Shown here one piece after another: positions 1 through 10,340 of a stretch of 64,000 nucleotides of DNA. The stretch is from a virus. How positions within the stretch are numbered: position 1 is the first letter of the stretch; each line of letters opens with the position of its first letter. The DNA is taken from the IMG/VR virus record IMGVR_UViG_3300010430_002753, positions 17,272-81,271 of that record; one strand, 5' to 3'. Under the pieces are notes generated by a model that was not told where the DNA came from, ran no database searches, and worked only from the letters and a program-made list of their open reading frames with translations. The position numbers were made by a program, and so were the translations under genes.

Positions 1-246
1 CGATTCTGGCCTGTCATAGTATTCATAATCTTCTATTTCAACTTCAACCCATGTTCTATTCTTTTTACTTAAATGAGGTGCAATAGGTGATAACGTACAA
101 TGCCAACCTTTCCTAAATGCAAATCCTTTTGTTGGGTGGGCTTCTGCGTTAAGCCATTCACCAATTGGGATTCTACTTTTTTTATTTATAAATAATGGAC
201 TTAATCTTCCATCTTTCATTTTTCTAATTAATTTATACGCTTTCAT
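1..246 (-). CDS. Phage hypothetical protein, partial (MKAYKLIRKMKDGRLSPLFINKK...GWHCT...APHLS...), runs off the window edge
   Basis: ATG at 244-246 overlaps the upstream stop and is preceded by a GGAG RBS; the frame is open to position 1. Translated by hand. Confidence 0.75.
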   Translation of the reverse strand, partial: MKAYKLIRKMKDGRLSPLFINKKSRIPIGEWLNAEAHPTKGFAFRKGWHCTLSPIAPHLSKKNRTWVEVEIEDYEYYDRPES

Positions 247-920
247 ATATAAAACTCCTTAAAATCATCTAATCTTAAACAAGCTAATTTTCCACCATAA
301 GCTGCACCACAATCAATACCTATTTTTTGATTATAATGTCGTATTTTCCATTCTTTAGTATAATTATAAGGTAAATTTACTACTGGAGTATGACCAAATA
401 TGTAGTATACGTTTTTAGGAGTATTACTAGTATTTGTGTCAGTGTGGAATTCTCTTCTAGCCCATATTTGAAAATCTCTATTTTGTTTTTCAAATGGTAA
501 TCCATCTTTATTTAATTGAAACCCTGCGTGAGATAAATAAAATATATTATTGTTTATTTCTATTTTTTTACTAAATTCAAGTGTATTCACAAAATATAAT
601 ATTTTTACTTTTTCAGATTTATCATATGTTTCAAATTCTTCATATGTTTTATAACCACCTTGAGTAAACCATTGATGATTATTTAAATTTTTATTATCTA
701 AAGAATAATATTCACACATCCAATCATCGTGATTACCCATTAACATTTTAATATTATATTGATTTTTCATTATATATTTTAATATTTTAATTGAATGTGG
801 TCCTCTGTCTACAACATCTCCAAGAATATATAAACGATCTTCGTCATTAAAATTAATTAATTCTAACATTGCCATAAATTTATCATACTGACCATGTATA
901 TCAGACATTACGTAAATCAT
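243..920 (-). CDS. Calcineurin-like metallophosphoesterase / Ser-Thr protein phosphatase
   Basis: Motifs SDIHG, GDVVDRG, GNHD, HAG, GHTP and IDCGA. Confidence 0.92.
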   Translation of the reverse strand: MIYVMSDIHGQYDKFMAMLELINFNDEDRLYILGDVVDRGPHSIKILKYIMKNQYNIKMLMGNHDDWMCEYYSLDNKNLNNHQWFTQGGYKTYEEFETYDKSEKVKILYFVNTLEFSKKIEINNNIFYLSHAGFQLNKDGLPFEKQNRDFQIWARREFHTDTNTSNTPKNVYYIFGHTPVVNLPYNYTKEWKIRHYNQKIGIDCGAAYGGKLACLRLDDFKEFYI

Positions 921-921
921 A

Positions 922-1155
922 TTATTCTATACCTTCAATATTTTTTTTAACTTCAACTGTCGCTATTCCACTATCATTAATAAATGCATCACTACTTGCT
1001 AAAAATATATCTACACCGTCAAAATTTACTGATGTATTATCAGGTTCAATTAATATAAAATAATCACCGGATTTTAATTTGATCATATCTGTTTTAACCC
1101 ATTCATTATCAATTAAAACTTTACATACTCTTTTATTTCTATTGACATGTCTCAT
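922..1155 (-). CDS. Hypothetical protein
   Basis: ORF in operon, AGGAG RBS. Confidence 0.7.
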   Translation of the reverse strand: MRHVNRNKRVCKVLIDNEWVKTDMIKLKSGDYFILIEPDNTSVNFDGVDIFLASSDAFINDSGIATVEVKKNIEGIE

Positions 1156-1168
1156 AATTTATTCTCCT

Positions 1169-1621
1169 TTATTGGCTCTTATTTTTTAAAATATAATCTT
1201 CTAATATTACAAAATCTTTTTTAATTTTATTAACAACACTATTTAATTGATCAACTGTATCAAACCATTCAGTTTTAACAAATTTGTCATTGATATCATA
1301 AAAATAAATATGTGGTTTTAAAATTGGCGAATATTTATCTTTGTTATACGAACAATCACAATTATCTGATAATTTTTTCATAATATTATAATCTTCTATT
1401 AACACATTATTATCAAAATCATCCCAAGATTTGCCTAAATATTCTGAATCGTAGTACGTGTATAAATAAAATCCTGCTTTCCAAGTAACTTTCTTTTTCC
1501 ACGGTTTGAAAAAACATCTTTTTTCTCTATCTTTAGAAAGATAAATATATCTTGAAGATTCAGTATTAATACAAATTGTCATTGATTTAATTTTTGATAA
1601 AAAGTTTATAGTATTTTCCAT
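1169..1621 (-). CDS. Hypothetical protein
   Basis: ORF in operon, AAGGA RBS. Confidence 0.7.
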   Translation of the reverse strand: MENTINFLSKIKSMTICINTESSRYIYLSKDREKRCFFKPWKKKVTWKAGFYLYTYYDSEYLGKSWDDFDNNVLIEDYNIMKKLSDNCDCSYNKDKYSPILKPHIYFYDINDKFVKTEWFDTVDQLNSVVNKIKKDFVILEDYILKNKSQ

Positions 1622-1632
1622 TTTATTTTTCC

Positions 1633-2565
1633 TTAATAATTATCATAGTTTACATCTACTTTGTGTACACCATTTTCTAAATATGGTTCACTTGTCGCCG
1701 TAAAGCCTATAATGAATTTTTCATTATATTCTACAAATTTATCTTTTGAAATTAATGTTGTAAACCTATTACCTTTTTTAATATTTATCATATTTGTTAA
1801 ATTAGACGCAGTTCCAATATCAGTGTAATATCTATTATCTATATTATCTAATGTTTTTATATTATTTAACATTCGTTTATCCCACCAGTTTAAATTAACT
1901 ATGCACAATTCTTTAACTTCATGATTACATGTTTCATATACTGATACAACTTCACCTAAATTACCGTCATCATCTATAAATCTATTACCTACTCGTTTTT
2001 TATAACTTTCAGTGTTATCTAATAAATTCCAAAAATTTTCATTTACAATTTCTACATATTCACCAGGACAATCTTGTTGATTAGCAACACAGTCAGAAAG
2101 ACCTTTAAACGTATCTTCTAACATATCTTTAAATTGTTCTGGCGTTTTTAATTCTTCAATAGATCCATCTTCTTTTATATATCTATGATTTTTTGTTGGA
2201 CTTTCTTTAATACCATATTTCTTAGCAATCTTTTTAACAGCTTCAGTAATATCTTTTTTATTATTTTCATAAACTTCTAAATTAATACATTTAACTCCAT
2301 CTTTTATTGGCGAAATAATAATATTTTCACTTTTAAATTTATCTTTTAAAATATTTAAAACTTTTTTTAATTCATAATTTATTTTATCATCTTCTACATT
2401 ATCAATAACTGCATGACAAATTAATACATCATTTTCTTTTAAATTTATTTTATCAATATTATTAATTTTTATTTTATTATCATCTTTTTTAGTTGTTAAT
2501 TTAAACATCATATACACAATAAATATTCCTGATATAAAGAATAATACAACAGCCATAATATCCAT
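1633..2565 (-). CDS. Hypothetical protein with N-terminal membrane anchor
   Basis: 310 aa ORF, hydrophobic residues about 3-22, RBS. Confidence 0.7.
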   Translation of the reverse strand: MDIMAVVLFFISGIFIVYMMFKLTTKKDDNKIKINNIDKINLKENDVLICHAVIDNVEDDKINYELKKVLNILKDKFKSENIIISPIKDGVKCINLEVYENNKKDITEAVKKIAKKYGIKESPTKNHRYIKEDGSIEELKTPEQFKDMLEDTFKGLSDCVANQQDCPGEYVEIVNENFWNLLDNTESYKKRVGNRFIDDDGNLGEVVSVYETCNHEVKELCIVNLNWWDKRMLNNIKTLDNIDNRYYTDIGTASNLTNMINIKKGNRFTTLISKDKFVEYNEKFIIGFTATSEPYLENGVHKVDVNYDNY

Positions 2566-2577
2566 AATTTTCTTCCT

Positions 2578-3045
2578 TTATAGTAAACAGTTTTTTAATA
2601 AATCTTTAGAAATTTCAGCCATTAATTTACAATCGTTAATTGATAAAATATCTAAAATTTTATTTTTAATTTTAATATCAATATTAGGATTTCCTAATTG
2701 ACACATCCAATAATTTTTACGTTGACATAAAGATATTTTCTTTTCAATAAATACTATATTTGGAATTGTTCCACAATGATGTAAAAACACATATATTGTT
2801 CCTCGTTTACCTAAAAAATCACAAACGTCTTCAGTTAATTTCATATTTGGAAATTTATCTCGTATTACACTAATTGGCGTTTTCTCAGTAATAAAATACG
2901 CACCACGAAAATCATAACAATAATTGTTAATATAATTATTTATTAAGTTAGATCCATTTTCTTTACTAGTTTCAATATTTTTAAGAAACTTATTATGCTT
3001 TACAACATTAGTATTCTTATCTTTTTCTACATAACCTTTTTTCAT
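2578..3045 (-). CDS. Hypothetical protein
   Basis: ORF directly downstream of the promoter at 3069-3096, AAGGT RBS. Confidence 0.7.
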   Translation of the reverse strand: MKKGYVEKDKNTNVVKHNKFLKNIETSKENGSNLINNYINNYCYDFRGAYFITEKTPISVIRDKFPNMKLTEDVCDFLGKRGTIYVFLHHCGTIPNIVFIEKKISLCQRKNYWMCQLGNPNIDIKIKNKILDILSINDCKLMAEISKDLLKNCLL

Positions 3046-3068
3046 ATCTACAACCTTTTTTATTTTTA

Positions 3069-3096
3069 ATTATAATCATTTAAAAATTATTGTCAA
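3069..3096 (-). promoter_or_regulatory. Sigma70-type promoter (repeat family)
   Basis: TTGACA-N16-TATAAT; the TAG stop of the upstream gene forms TAGTTGACA. Confidence 0.8.
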
Positions 3097-3627
3097 CTAA
3101 AATCCACTAATGACTTCATAAATATGATAAACATATACTAAATCAATTTCAGGTTCATCATAAATATATTCACATATTGGTGTTTGTGTACCAATGTATT
3201 TACCCCATTTATGCCATCTCCAACCACCATGTTCAGACTGGTGTTTTTTACTTATTGGAATTAAAGCGATAATAAATTTTCTATCATCTGTTTCTATAAA
3301 CGGATATTGTTCTAAGATTTGTTTATAATTATCACAAACTCCATAATTACTCAAATAAGTATCTTCACCATATTTGTTATATGTCTTTTCCCAATTAATT
3401 TTTTTATCATTATCTCTAACATAAAAACTATCAAATTCATTAATTTCAAATTTATAATAATAACTAAACATATCATTTAATCCACTATAATAAATACCAG
3501 GTTTTTCTTCATAAAATTTATGTTCATTTATATATCTTATCATTTCAATATTATCTTTAAATCTTTCTAAATCTTCTTTTTTTACTTTTTCATATCGATC
3601 TTTGTATTTTGACAAATCTAATAACAT
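3097..3627 (-). CDS. Phage hypothetical protein (GGWRWHKWGKYIG motif)
   Basis: 176 aa ORF with a Trp-rich motif; function unknown. Confidence 0.75.
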   Translation of the reverse strand: MLLDLSKYKDRYEKVKKEDLERFKDNIEMIRYINEHKFYEEKPGIYYSGLNDMFSYYYKFEINEFDSFYVRDNDKKINWEKTYNKYGEDTYLSNYGVCDNYKQILEQYPFIETDDRKFIIALIPISKKHQSEHGGWRWHKWGKYIGTQTPICEYIYDEPEIDLVYVYHIYEVISGF

Positions 3628-4047
3628 TTATTTATCCTTATTTTGTTTTTTCCATACATTATAATCTTCAACTAATTTATTGTGTTGATCTATAGTTAAA
3701 CAATATCTTAATTCTTTTAGTTCATTATTAACAATACAATTAATAGATGTTTGACCAATTCTATTTGATTCTCGTATATATCCAGATATTGTTTTATTAC
3801 GATCTGATATTCTAATTATACTAACTACATTTATAGAATCAAAATTAATATAATATTCTAAATCTTCATATTCAAATGTTAAACAATTAATCGTATCTTT
3901 TAATCTTTCAATAGTAATTTCAAGTCTTCTACTATAACGGTCAAAATCACTACGATTTGTTGTTATAGCCCGTTCTAATAAACGCAATTCTTGTTTATGA
4001 TCCGATAACATTTTTTCATAATCTTTTTTTGATATAAACATATACAC
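3628..4047 (-). CDS. Hypothetical protein (start probably the Met at 4041)
   Basis: ORF, GAGGTG RBS. Confidence 0.7.
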   Translation of the reverse strand: MYMFISKKDYEKMLSDHKQELRLLERAITTNRSDFDRYSRRLEITIERLKDTINCLTFEYEDLEYYINFDSINVVSIIRISDRNKTISGYIRESNRIGQTSINCIVNNELKELRYCLTIDQHNKLVEDYNVWKKQNKDK

Positions 4048-4070
4048 CTCTCTTTTTATGAATGAATAAA

Positions 4071-4092
4071 TACTCCTAAATTAATAGGAGTA
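4071..4092 (-). terminator. Intrinsic terminator-like hairpin
   Basis: TACTCCTA/TAGGAGTA inverted repeat after the gene end. Confidence 0.55.
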
Positions 4093-4107
4093 CATTAAAT
4101 TTATTAT

Positions 4108-5490
4108 TTATCTTTTTTGGTTATTATACATTTTTTTCTCTAAACTATCAGGTCCAAACATATTTGAAATTAAATCATCAATTGATATATATTCTTTTGC
4201 TACTTTATTATTTTGTTTATCAATATTTATAACAGGTATTTCAGATTTTGCTTGTTTTACTGAACATGGTTCATAACCAAAATGTTCATTAATTAGTTTA
4301 CATTGATTTACATTAGCAGTAATTCCAATACTATTTAAAAAATCATATGTATTATGAACTAATTCTGAAACGCAATTATATGTTTTTCCATCAATTGTCA
4401 TATTCATATTAGTATCTAGTTGATCACTTTGTTTTACTTCTACTAAATAATGTTTTACACCTTTAATATTAATTGTTTGCATATGTTCTTCCTTATTTTT
4501 ATTTATTTTTTTATTAAATTCTTCTTTTGTATATTCTTTACTGTTTATATAATATAATTCACTTATTATTTCTCCATCTTTATAATACCAAATTGAAGCT
4601 GGGCCGTCTAATCTATGAACTTCGTCTTTAGAATTATAATAACATTCATAATTTATTTTAGTTCTTTTATTATCAAAATAATTATAAATTTTATAATTTC
4701 CATTATCTAATAATTCTTTAGTTATATAATCATCAAGTATTATTATATTATTTCGTTTATTAAGAGCAACAACTTCTTGTCTAGTATCAAACTCTTGTTT
4801 TAGATATGTTTTATTGTTTATCCAATAGTGTTCACCTATAATTTCTCCAGATTTTGTATACCAAATTGTTGCTGGACCATTAATTCTATGTCTTTTACCA
4901 TTTTTATAAAATTCTAGTTTTTTAACAGTTTCACAATTTTTATAATATTTAATAACTGCTGGTTTATTTTTTCTATTAAACATATTATTATTGTTAAAAT
5001 AATATTCACCAATAATTTTAGTTTTATCTTTATTTAAATATTTTGTTATTTTATAATTACCGTTTTCTAATAATTCTTTATCTTCTAATTCTTTATAATC
5101 TAATTGATTTATTTTTTTATTATTAACTTTATTATGCCATTCTTTTCTAGTTAATTTTTTACCATCTAAATAATATTCAGATAAGTTATAACCAATAAAA
5201 GCTGGGCCATTTTCTCTATGAAGTTTATCATTAACATAATACCATTCAGCTATTACTTTATTTTTTTCATCATATAATATTTTTGCTGGACCTTGTTTTT
5301 TATCTAATTTATTTTTTCTAATCCATTGTTCTTCTGTATATCCATTTTCAAAAACAGATATTACAGCAGGTCCATTCTGCCTATCAATTTCTTTATTTTT
5401 ATTATAATACGTTGTAACTGTGTAATCAGATCCTTCTTCTACATATATAATTTTAAAACTTCCATTTTTAAAAGTTATAGTTTCAATCAT
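4108..5490 (-). CDS. Multi-copy HRLDGPA-repeat (MORN-variant-like) protein with extra C-terminal domain
   Basis: Repeats DRQNGPA, DKKQGPA, HRENGPA, NRKNKPA, HRINGPA, HRLDGPA; start moved to the ATG at 5490 after GGAGG. Confidence 0.8.
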   Translation of the reverse strand: MIETITFKNGSFKIIYVEEGSDYTVTTYYNKNKEIDRQNGPAVISVFENGYTEEQWIRKNKLDKKQGPAKILYDEKNKVIAEWYYVNDKLHRENGPAFIGYNLSEYYLDGKKLTRKEWHNKVNNKKINQLDYKELEDKELLENGNYKITKYLNKDKTKIIGEYYFNNNNMFNRKNKPAVIKYYKNCETVKKLEFYKNGKRHRINGPATIWYTKSGEIIGEHYWINNKTYLKQEFDTRQEVVALNKRNNIIILDDYITKELLDNGNYKIYNYFDNKRTKINYECYYNSKDEVHRLDGPASIWYYKDGEIISELYYINSKEYTKEEFNKKINKNKEEHMQTINIKGVKHYLVEVKQSDQLDTNMNMTIDGKTYNCVSELVHNTYDFLNSIGITANVNQCKLINEHFGYEPCSVKQAKSEIPVINIDKQNNKVAKEYISIDDLISNMFGPDSLEKKMYNNQKR

Positions 5491-5517
5491 AATAACCTCC
5501 AAGTCATTTATAAATAC

Positions 5518-5545
5518 AATATAATTATTATTAAAATTTTGTCAA
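5518..5545 (-). promoter_or_regulatory. Sigma70-type promoter (repeat family)
   Basis: TTTTTTAGTTGACA-N16-TATATT, then GTATTTATAAAT leader and GGAGG RBS. Confidence 0.8.
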
Positions 5546-5557
5546 CTAAAAAATAAA

Positions 5558-5591
5558 GAAATCCAATTATTTTTTAATTAAATTGGATTTC
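5558..5591 (-). terminator. Intrinsic terminator
   Basis: GAAATCCAATT/AATTGGATTTC stem followed by a T tract on the minus strand. Confidence 0.65.
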
Positions 5592-5603
5592 ACATAAATA
5601 TTA

Positions 5604-7778
5604 TTAGAAATATTTTTTTACTTTTTGTGTTTTTAAAATAAGAGTATCACCTGTTTTTTCACTAGTATATAAGTAATTTCCTTTTTTATCAACTTCTAAT
5701 CCTGTATACCAATCACCGGTTAATACTTTAGATACTTTACAAATAAATAATTTATTACGAATTAAAATTAATTCTTTTTTAATAGATTTTAATTTTTCAT
5801 CTAATATTTCTTTATCTCTAACAACAGTATCTAAATGCATTTTAATCATTTGATCAGCAGCGTTTAATTTTTTATTTCCATCTATTTTCTTTCTAACTGC
5901 ATTAATTGAAGGAATACTTGCTACACCTTTTAAATCATATTCAATTTGTTTTGATTCATAAAAATCAATATCATTCTTTTCAGATTTATTATTTACTCCA
6001 CCGTAATTAAAATTTTTATCTAAACCATGTTCTTTTAAAATTTCAATTTGTTCTTTTGAATATTCAGCTAATTTACCTTCTTGTAATAAAGATGAATCAT
6101 TTTCAATTAATTCTTTAATAATGAATTTAACTACCTTCTGTTCAGCTTCTTTCATTTTTTCATTTTTAACCATAGATAGAATTGTATCTAGATTATTACT
6201 ATCTTTAATATATGTTTCGTTAATTACAGGTAATATATCTAAATTAATAATAAAACTATTACCTTGAGGTTCTAATAATGTTAAATTCCATTTTTCTTCT
6301 AAATCTGTTAATCTATCTAAAGTATTAACATCAATAATAGCTGGGAGTTTATTAATATTTAAGTTGCCATCTTTAATAATAGTATGATTTCTAAATATTT
6401 GAGAATTTACTTCATTTGGTAATCCCATATTAATAGCATTTTCATTTAATTTAACTTTGCCTTCAACAACAAATCTAATAGACACATTCATATGTTTTTT
6501 ATTATACACAAAATCACTAAATAAAGATCTTGATTCTTTTGTTTTTTCAAATAAATTACCACTATCAGTTGTTTTAACTCCAATACGTTTATAATCTTTT
6601 ACAGGAATATAAAAATTATGTCCCTCTGATAATATTTGTAATATATCCATAACACAAGGATGATTAGGGTCCGGTAAATAAGAAGAATCAACTTCTCCAT
6701 CTTTATATCTATACTTAGGTTTAAACGCACATCTTTTTAATTTTTTAATGAATTTTGAACTTTCATCATATGTAAATGCATTTCTAATTTCGTCAATTAA
6801 ACCTTTATCTCCAGTATGATTTACTAATAAGTTTAAAGCTTCTTTTCTATTTCCAATATAATAATTTTCATATGATAATACATAACAAATATTTTTAAAT
6901 GTTTTTTCATTTAAATTAGATACTTCTAAATCTGCAGTATTATATTCTTCATCATTATATTTAAAATTAAAATCACCATCTCCAATAAAAACAAATTGAT
7001 TTTTATTTTTATCAATAGCATTTAATTCTAATTTTTCTTTAACTAATTTAGATGAATTTCTAGTTAAATATAAAATATCAACATCTTTATCTGCAGTCAT
7101 TACTATTTTTTCAACAACTAATTCATTAATTTTTTCATAATTATGTTTAAATATTTCTGAATAATCTTTAATATTATCTGAATGTGTATAAATGCCAAAT
7201 TGAGATAATTGAGACATTTGTGTTAACATTTCTTTATCATAATAATAACCATAACCTATAGTATTAAATGATAAAATATTATTTGATAATGTAGTAATTT
7301 CATTAAGTACTCTTGTTCTTTCCTCAGTAGAACTCCATTTATCTGTTACTGTATAACCATCTGTAAACATTGTAATAGAAAAATTAGGACATAATGCTTT
7401 TAATTCAGAAACTATTTCAGATGCTTCTTTAATTGATTCTGAAAAACACGTTAATCCAATTGTTGATTTAATACCATCTAATAATTTAAATAAACCATTA
7501 GTATCTTTTTTAGCACCTTTAATTAAAGTTCTATATTGTCCAATACCAGAAAACCATATAATAGAAACGTAATCATTATCTCCCATACAATTAATTGTTT
7601 CTTTTACATTTTCAATTAATCCATTAATTTCTCTACTCATTGATAACGATCTATCAATAATATGAATATGATGAATTTCACTAATTGCTACTGATTTTTT
7701 TTCAACTTCTTTTTGATTCTGATTAATTACTACTAAAGTTTTTTCTACTCCGTTAATAACTATTTTGTTTTTCTTCAT
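5604..7778 (-). CDS. von Willebrand factor A (vWA) domain protein
   Basis: MIDAS-like DRSLSM, conserved T (GLTC), FTDG and TIGYG in the N-terminal third. Confidence 0.8.
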   Translation of the reverse strand: MKKNKIVINGVEKTLVVINQNQKEVEKKSVAISEIHHIHIIDRSLSMSREINGLIENVKETINCMGDNDYVSIIWFSGIGQYRTLIKGAKKDTNGLFKLLDGIKSTIGLTCFSESIKEASEIVSELKALCPNFSITMFTDGYTVTDKWSSTEERTRVLNEITTLSNNILSFNTIGYGYYYDKEMLTQMSQLSQFGIYTHSDNIKDYSEIFKHNYEKINELVVEKIVMTADKDVDILYLTRNSSKLVKEKLELNAIDKNKNQFVFIGDGDFNFKYNDEEYNTADLEVSNLNEKTFKNICYVLSYENYYIGNRKEALNLLVNHTGDKGLIDEIRNAFTYDESSKFIKKLKRCAFKPKYRYKDGEVDSSYLPDPNHPCVMDILQILSEGHNFYIPVKDYKRIGVKTTDSGNLFEKTKESRSLFSDFVYNKKHMNVSIRFVVEGKVKLNENAINMGLPNEVNSQIFRNHTIIKDGNLNINKLPAIIDVNTLDRLTDLEEKWNLTLLEPQGNSFIINLDILPVINETYIKDSNNLDTILSMVKNEKMKEAEQKVVKFIIKELIENDSSLLQEGKLAEYSKEQIEILKEHGLDKNFNYGGVNNKSEKNDIDFYESKQIEYDLKGVASIPSINAVRKKIDGNKKLNAADQMIKMHLDTVVRDKEILDEKLKSIKKELILIRNKLFICKVSKVLTGDWYTGLEVDKKGNYLYTSEKTGDTLILKTQKVKKYF

Positions 7779-7804
7779 TATAACCTTCTCCTTTATTTAT
7801 TAAT

Positions 7805-8080
7805 TTATATTTGATTTAATATTTTTTCTTTATCTTTTTTTAATTTCATTATTTCAGAATCTATTAATGTTATTTTTTTATTTATTACTAATTCTTTAGA
7901 TAACATAAATCTACAATTTCCAATTTTTACACTATGTTTTCTTATCAAATTACCATTATATAGATTTCTAAGATCTTTTAAATATTTTTTATTTTCAACA
8001 ACATAATAAGAAACTCTTCTATTTTCGTTAACATCAATTTCTTTTACATTATTGTATATATCTATATAATAAAGTTTCAT
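7805..8080 (-). CDS. Hypothetical protein
   Basis: ORF with AGGAGAAGG RBS. Confidence 0.65.
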   Translation of the reverse strand: MKLYYIDIYNNVKEIDVNENRRVSYYVVENKKYLKDLRNLYNGNLIRKHSVKIGNCRFMLSKELVINKKITLIDSEIMKLKKDKEKILNQI

Positions 8081-8094
8081 AATAACCTTCTCCT

Positions 8095-8622
8095 TTATTT
8101 GTTTAAAAAATAAATTGCTTCTGCGGCAATAGTTCTAGTTAATCCAACGTAATTATCACACCTAAAAAAATTATTACGTTGATGATATAGCATATCACAA
8201 TCATCATCTAATATAATATATTTATGAAAATGCGATTCGTATTCATAATTTAATAATTTTTTATTATACTCAATCCAACATTGAATTTCACATCCTCTGG
8301 GTATAGTATATCCACTACCTGATTTAACTTCATTGCCAATAAATAAAGATGGTGTTTTATCAATTATGTTTTTTGGATATTTAAACCCTTTTTTAACTAA
8401 ATATCCTGCTATTTCTTCTACAGATTTACCTTTTCTCCAAGTAGAAGAAATAACTATTTTTGCTTCTGTTTTTTCTATTAAATAATTTAACCATTTTATA
8501 TTTGAAGAACACAAATGGCATAAAGGATATCCATCTCTTTCATAACGATCTTCTTCAGATTTTAATATAAAATGTATTTCATTATTTAATACTCCATCAA
8601 TATCTAAAAAAATTATTTTCAA
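8095..8622 (-). CDS. HAD-superfamily phosphatase of the 'Swiss Army Knife RNA repair' type
   Basis: IIFLDIDGVLN, IVISSTWR, RGCEI and YIILDDD motifs. Confidence 0.85.
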   Translation of the reverse strand: MKIIFLDIDGVLNNEIHFILKSEEDRYERDGYPLCHLCSSNIKWLNYLIEKTEAKIVISSTWRKGKSVEEIAGYLVKKGFKYPKNIIDKTPSLFIGNEVKSGSGYTIPRGCEIQCWIEYNKKLLNYEYESHFHKYIILDDDCDMLYHQRNNFFRCDNYVGLTRTIAAEAIYFLNK

Positions 8623-8642
8623 TTTAATACTCTCCTTTTATT

Positions 8643-8918
8643 TTAATTAAAAATTTGAATAATATCTTTAGTTATAAATCCACTATATACACTTACTAAT
8701 ATTCCTACTGTAATTATAGATATTTTATGTTTATGCATAAGTTCTCTTATTAATACTATAGTGCCATATCCAACTAATAATATATTATAAGTTAATGATA
8801 AATAAACATATGGAATACTAGTTGTGTATTTAAATACAACTAATGTAATAAATAAACCAAATATTATTGGCGCAAGCGTTTTGCCTAATTTTGTATATTC
8901 TTTATTTTTTATAAACAT
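8643..8918 (-). CDS. Small membrane protein
   Basis: About 3 hydrophobic segments, RBS. Confidence 0.65.
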   Translation of the reverse strand: MFIKNKEYTKLGKTLAPIIFGLFITLVVFKYTTSIPYVYLSLTYNILLVGYGTIVLIRELMHKHKISIITVGILVSVYSGFITKDIIQIFN

Positions 8919-8939
8919 AATGAATCTCTCCTTTTTTAA

Positions 8940-9206
8940 TCAAAAATTTAATATCAAAATAAACATATTTGATAACGAAAATATTAATATACCAGCAGTA
9001 ATTATTAATCTTATTGTATATTTTAATATACTAAAATAAATTAAACTAAATATTGAAAATATAACAATAAATATATAATACAGTAAATTTGTTATATAAA
9101 AACTTTCTGTAATATTATATTTTATAATATTAATTAATATTAATACAGCAATTACTATATACATATTATATTTATAAAAATATTTACAAAATTTTTCTTT
9201 ATTCAT
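8940..9206 (-). CDS. Small membrane protein
   Basis: About 3 hydrophobic segments, GAGG RBS. Confidence 0.6.
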   Translation of the reverse strand: MNKEKFCKYFYKYNMYIVIAVLILINIIKYNITESFYITNLLYYIFIVIFSIFSLIYFSILKYTIRLIITAGILIFSLSNMFILILNF

Positions 9207-9231
9207 AATAACCTCTCTTTTTTAATATAAA

Positions 9232-9615
9232 TTATTCAACCCAAATAAATTTTTGTCCTTTATTTTTAGTATTAAATACAATAATATCTCCAAGATCATA
9301 TAATTCATCTAGATAATCATTAAATAATGATACGTAATCTCCATTATAATCGTATTCATGCCATGTATCTTTTGGTATTGTTCCATCCATTAATTCATGA
9401 ACAAAATTAAAATCATCAATTAGTTTTTCTAGTTTATCTTGTAAATCGTCAATTTCATCTTCTTTTAATCTTCCATGATTCATAACAACGCCTGAAATAT
9501 TACTATTAATTTTTTCTAATTGAACTTTAATTCTACTAATTAATCTGCTTGTTCCTGAATAAGACGGCGCAGATTCTAATAGATTTTTAAATTTAATTTT
9601 GTATCTCCAAACCAT
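9232..9615 (-). CDS. Hypothetical protein
   Basis: First gene after the promoter at 9647-9675, GAGGTTATTATG start. Confidence 0.75.
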   Translation of the reverse strand: MVWRYKIKFKNLLESAPSYSGTSRLISRIKVQLEKINSNISGVVMNHGRLKEDEIDDLQDKLEKLIDDFNFVHELMDGTIPKDTWHEYDYNGDYVSLFNDYLDELYDLGDIIVFNTKNKGQKFIWVE

Positions 9616-9646
9616 AATAACCTCTTTATATTTTATTTATAAATAC

Positions 9647-9675
9647 AACATAAATAATTCAATAAGATATGTCAA
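9647..9675 (-). promoter_or_regulatory. Sigma70-type promoter (repeat family)
   Basis: TTTTTTAGTTGACA-N17-TATGTT plus GTATTTATAAAT leader. Confidence 0.78.
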
Positions 9676-9683
9676 CTAAAAAA

Positions 9684-10004
9684 TTATTTTTTATTTAATA
9701 ATTTTAAATTTCTTTCTATATTTCTAAATTTAATTACTTTTGGATGTTTATCAAATTCTTCTTTTATATAATTTATTCCATCTATAAAATAATATTTTAT
9801 ACCAATATAATTCTGTATTCTAAGTTCTTCTGTAATTGGAATATCGAACGGTGTATTTATTAATGCAGGCCCACTTAAATTATGTAAATGTTCTATAAAG
9901 ATTGCTTGGATATCTTCATCATTATATACATAATCTATAAGTTCTTTGTCTGTTTTAAATTCATATTTAATTCCATAAAAATATGCAATAATATTTGTAT
10001 TCAT
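9684..10004 (-). CDS. HRLDGPA-like protein with C-terminal RNLKLLNK tag
   Basis: HNLSGPA; ends NIERNLKLLNKK. Confidence 0.8.
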   Translation of the reverse strand: MNTNIIAYFYGIKYEFKTDKELIDYVYNDEDIQAIFIEHLHNLSGPALINTPFDIPITEELRIQNYIGIKYYFIDGINYIKEEFDKHPKVIKFRNIERNLKLLNKK

Positions 10005-10297
10005 TATACGGTAGTAATTTCACCTGTAATAGAATTAATAGATATATTTTCACCATATTTTTTTCTTAAATCTATATTTATGAATTCATCAAGTTCTTTT
10101 TTAATTTTTGTAACTTCTTTAGATACTACAATTTTTTGTTCTTTTAAAGTTTCTAATTGATGTGTAATTTCACCTAATACTATTATAGTATTGTAATAAT
10201 TTTTATTATATTCTTTAATCTTATTTAATTCTTCTACTGTCAATTTATTATTACTTTCTTTTTCATTATTTCCAATTACTGACATATTATTCTCCAT
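10004..10297 (-). CDS. Hypothetical coiled-coil protein
   Basis: ORF after promoter; heptad-like helix; ends YGENISINSITGEI. Confidence 0.7.
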   Translation of the reverse strand: MENNMSVIGNNEKESNNKLTVEELNKIKEYNKNYYNTIIVLGEITHQLETLKEQKIVVSKEVTKIKKELDEFINIDLRKKYGENISINSITGEITTV

Positions 10298-10311
10298 TAT
10301 TTTTAATTTAT

Positions 10312-10340
10312 ATTATACATTACATAATTTTATTTGTCAA
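10312..10340 (-). promoter_or_regulatory. Sigma70-type promoter (repeat family)
   Basis: TAGTTGACA-N17-TATAAT. Confidence 0.82.
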
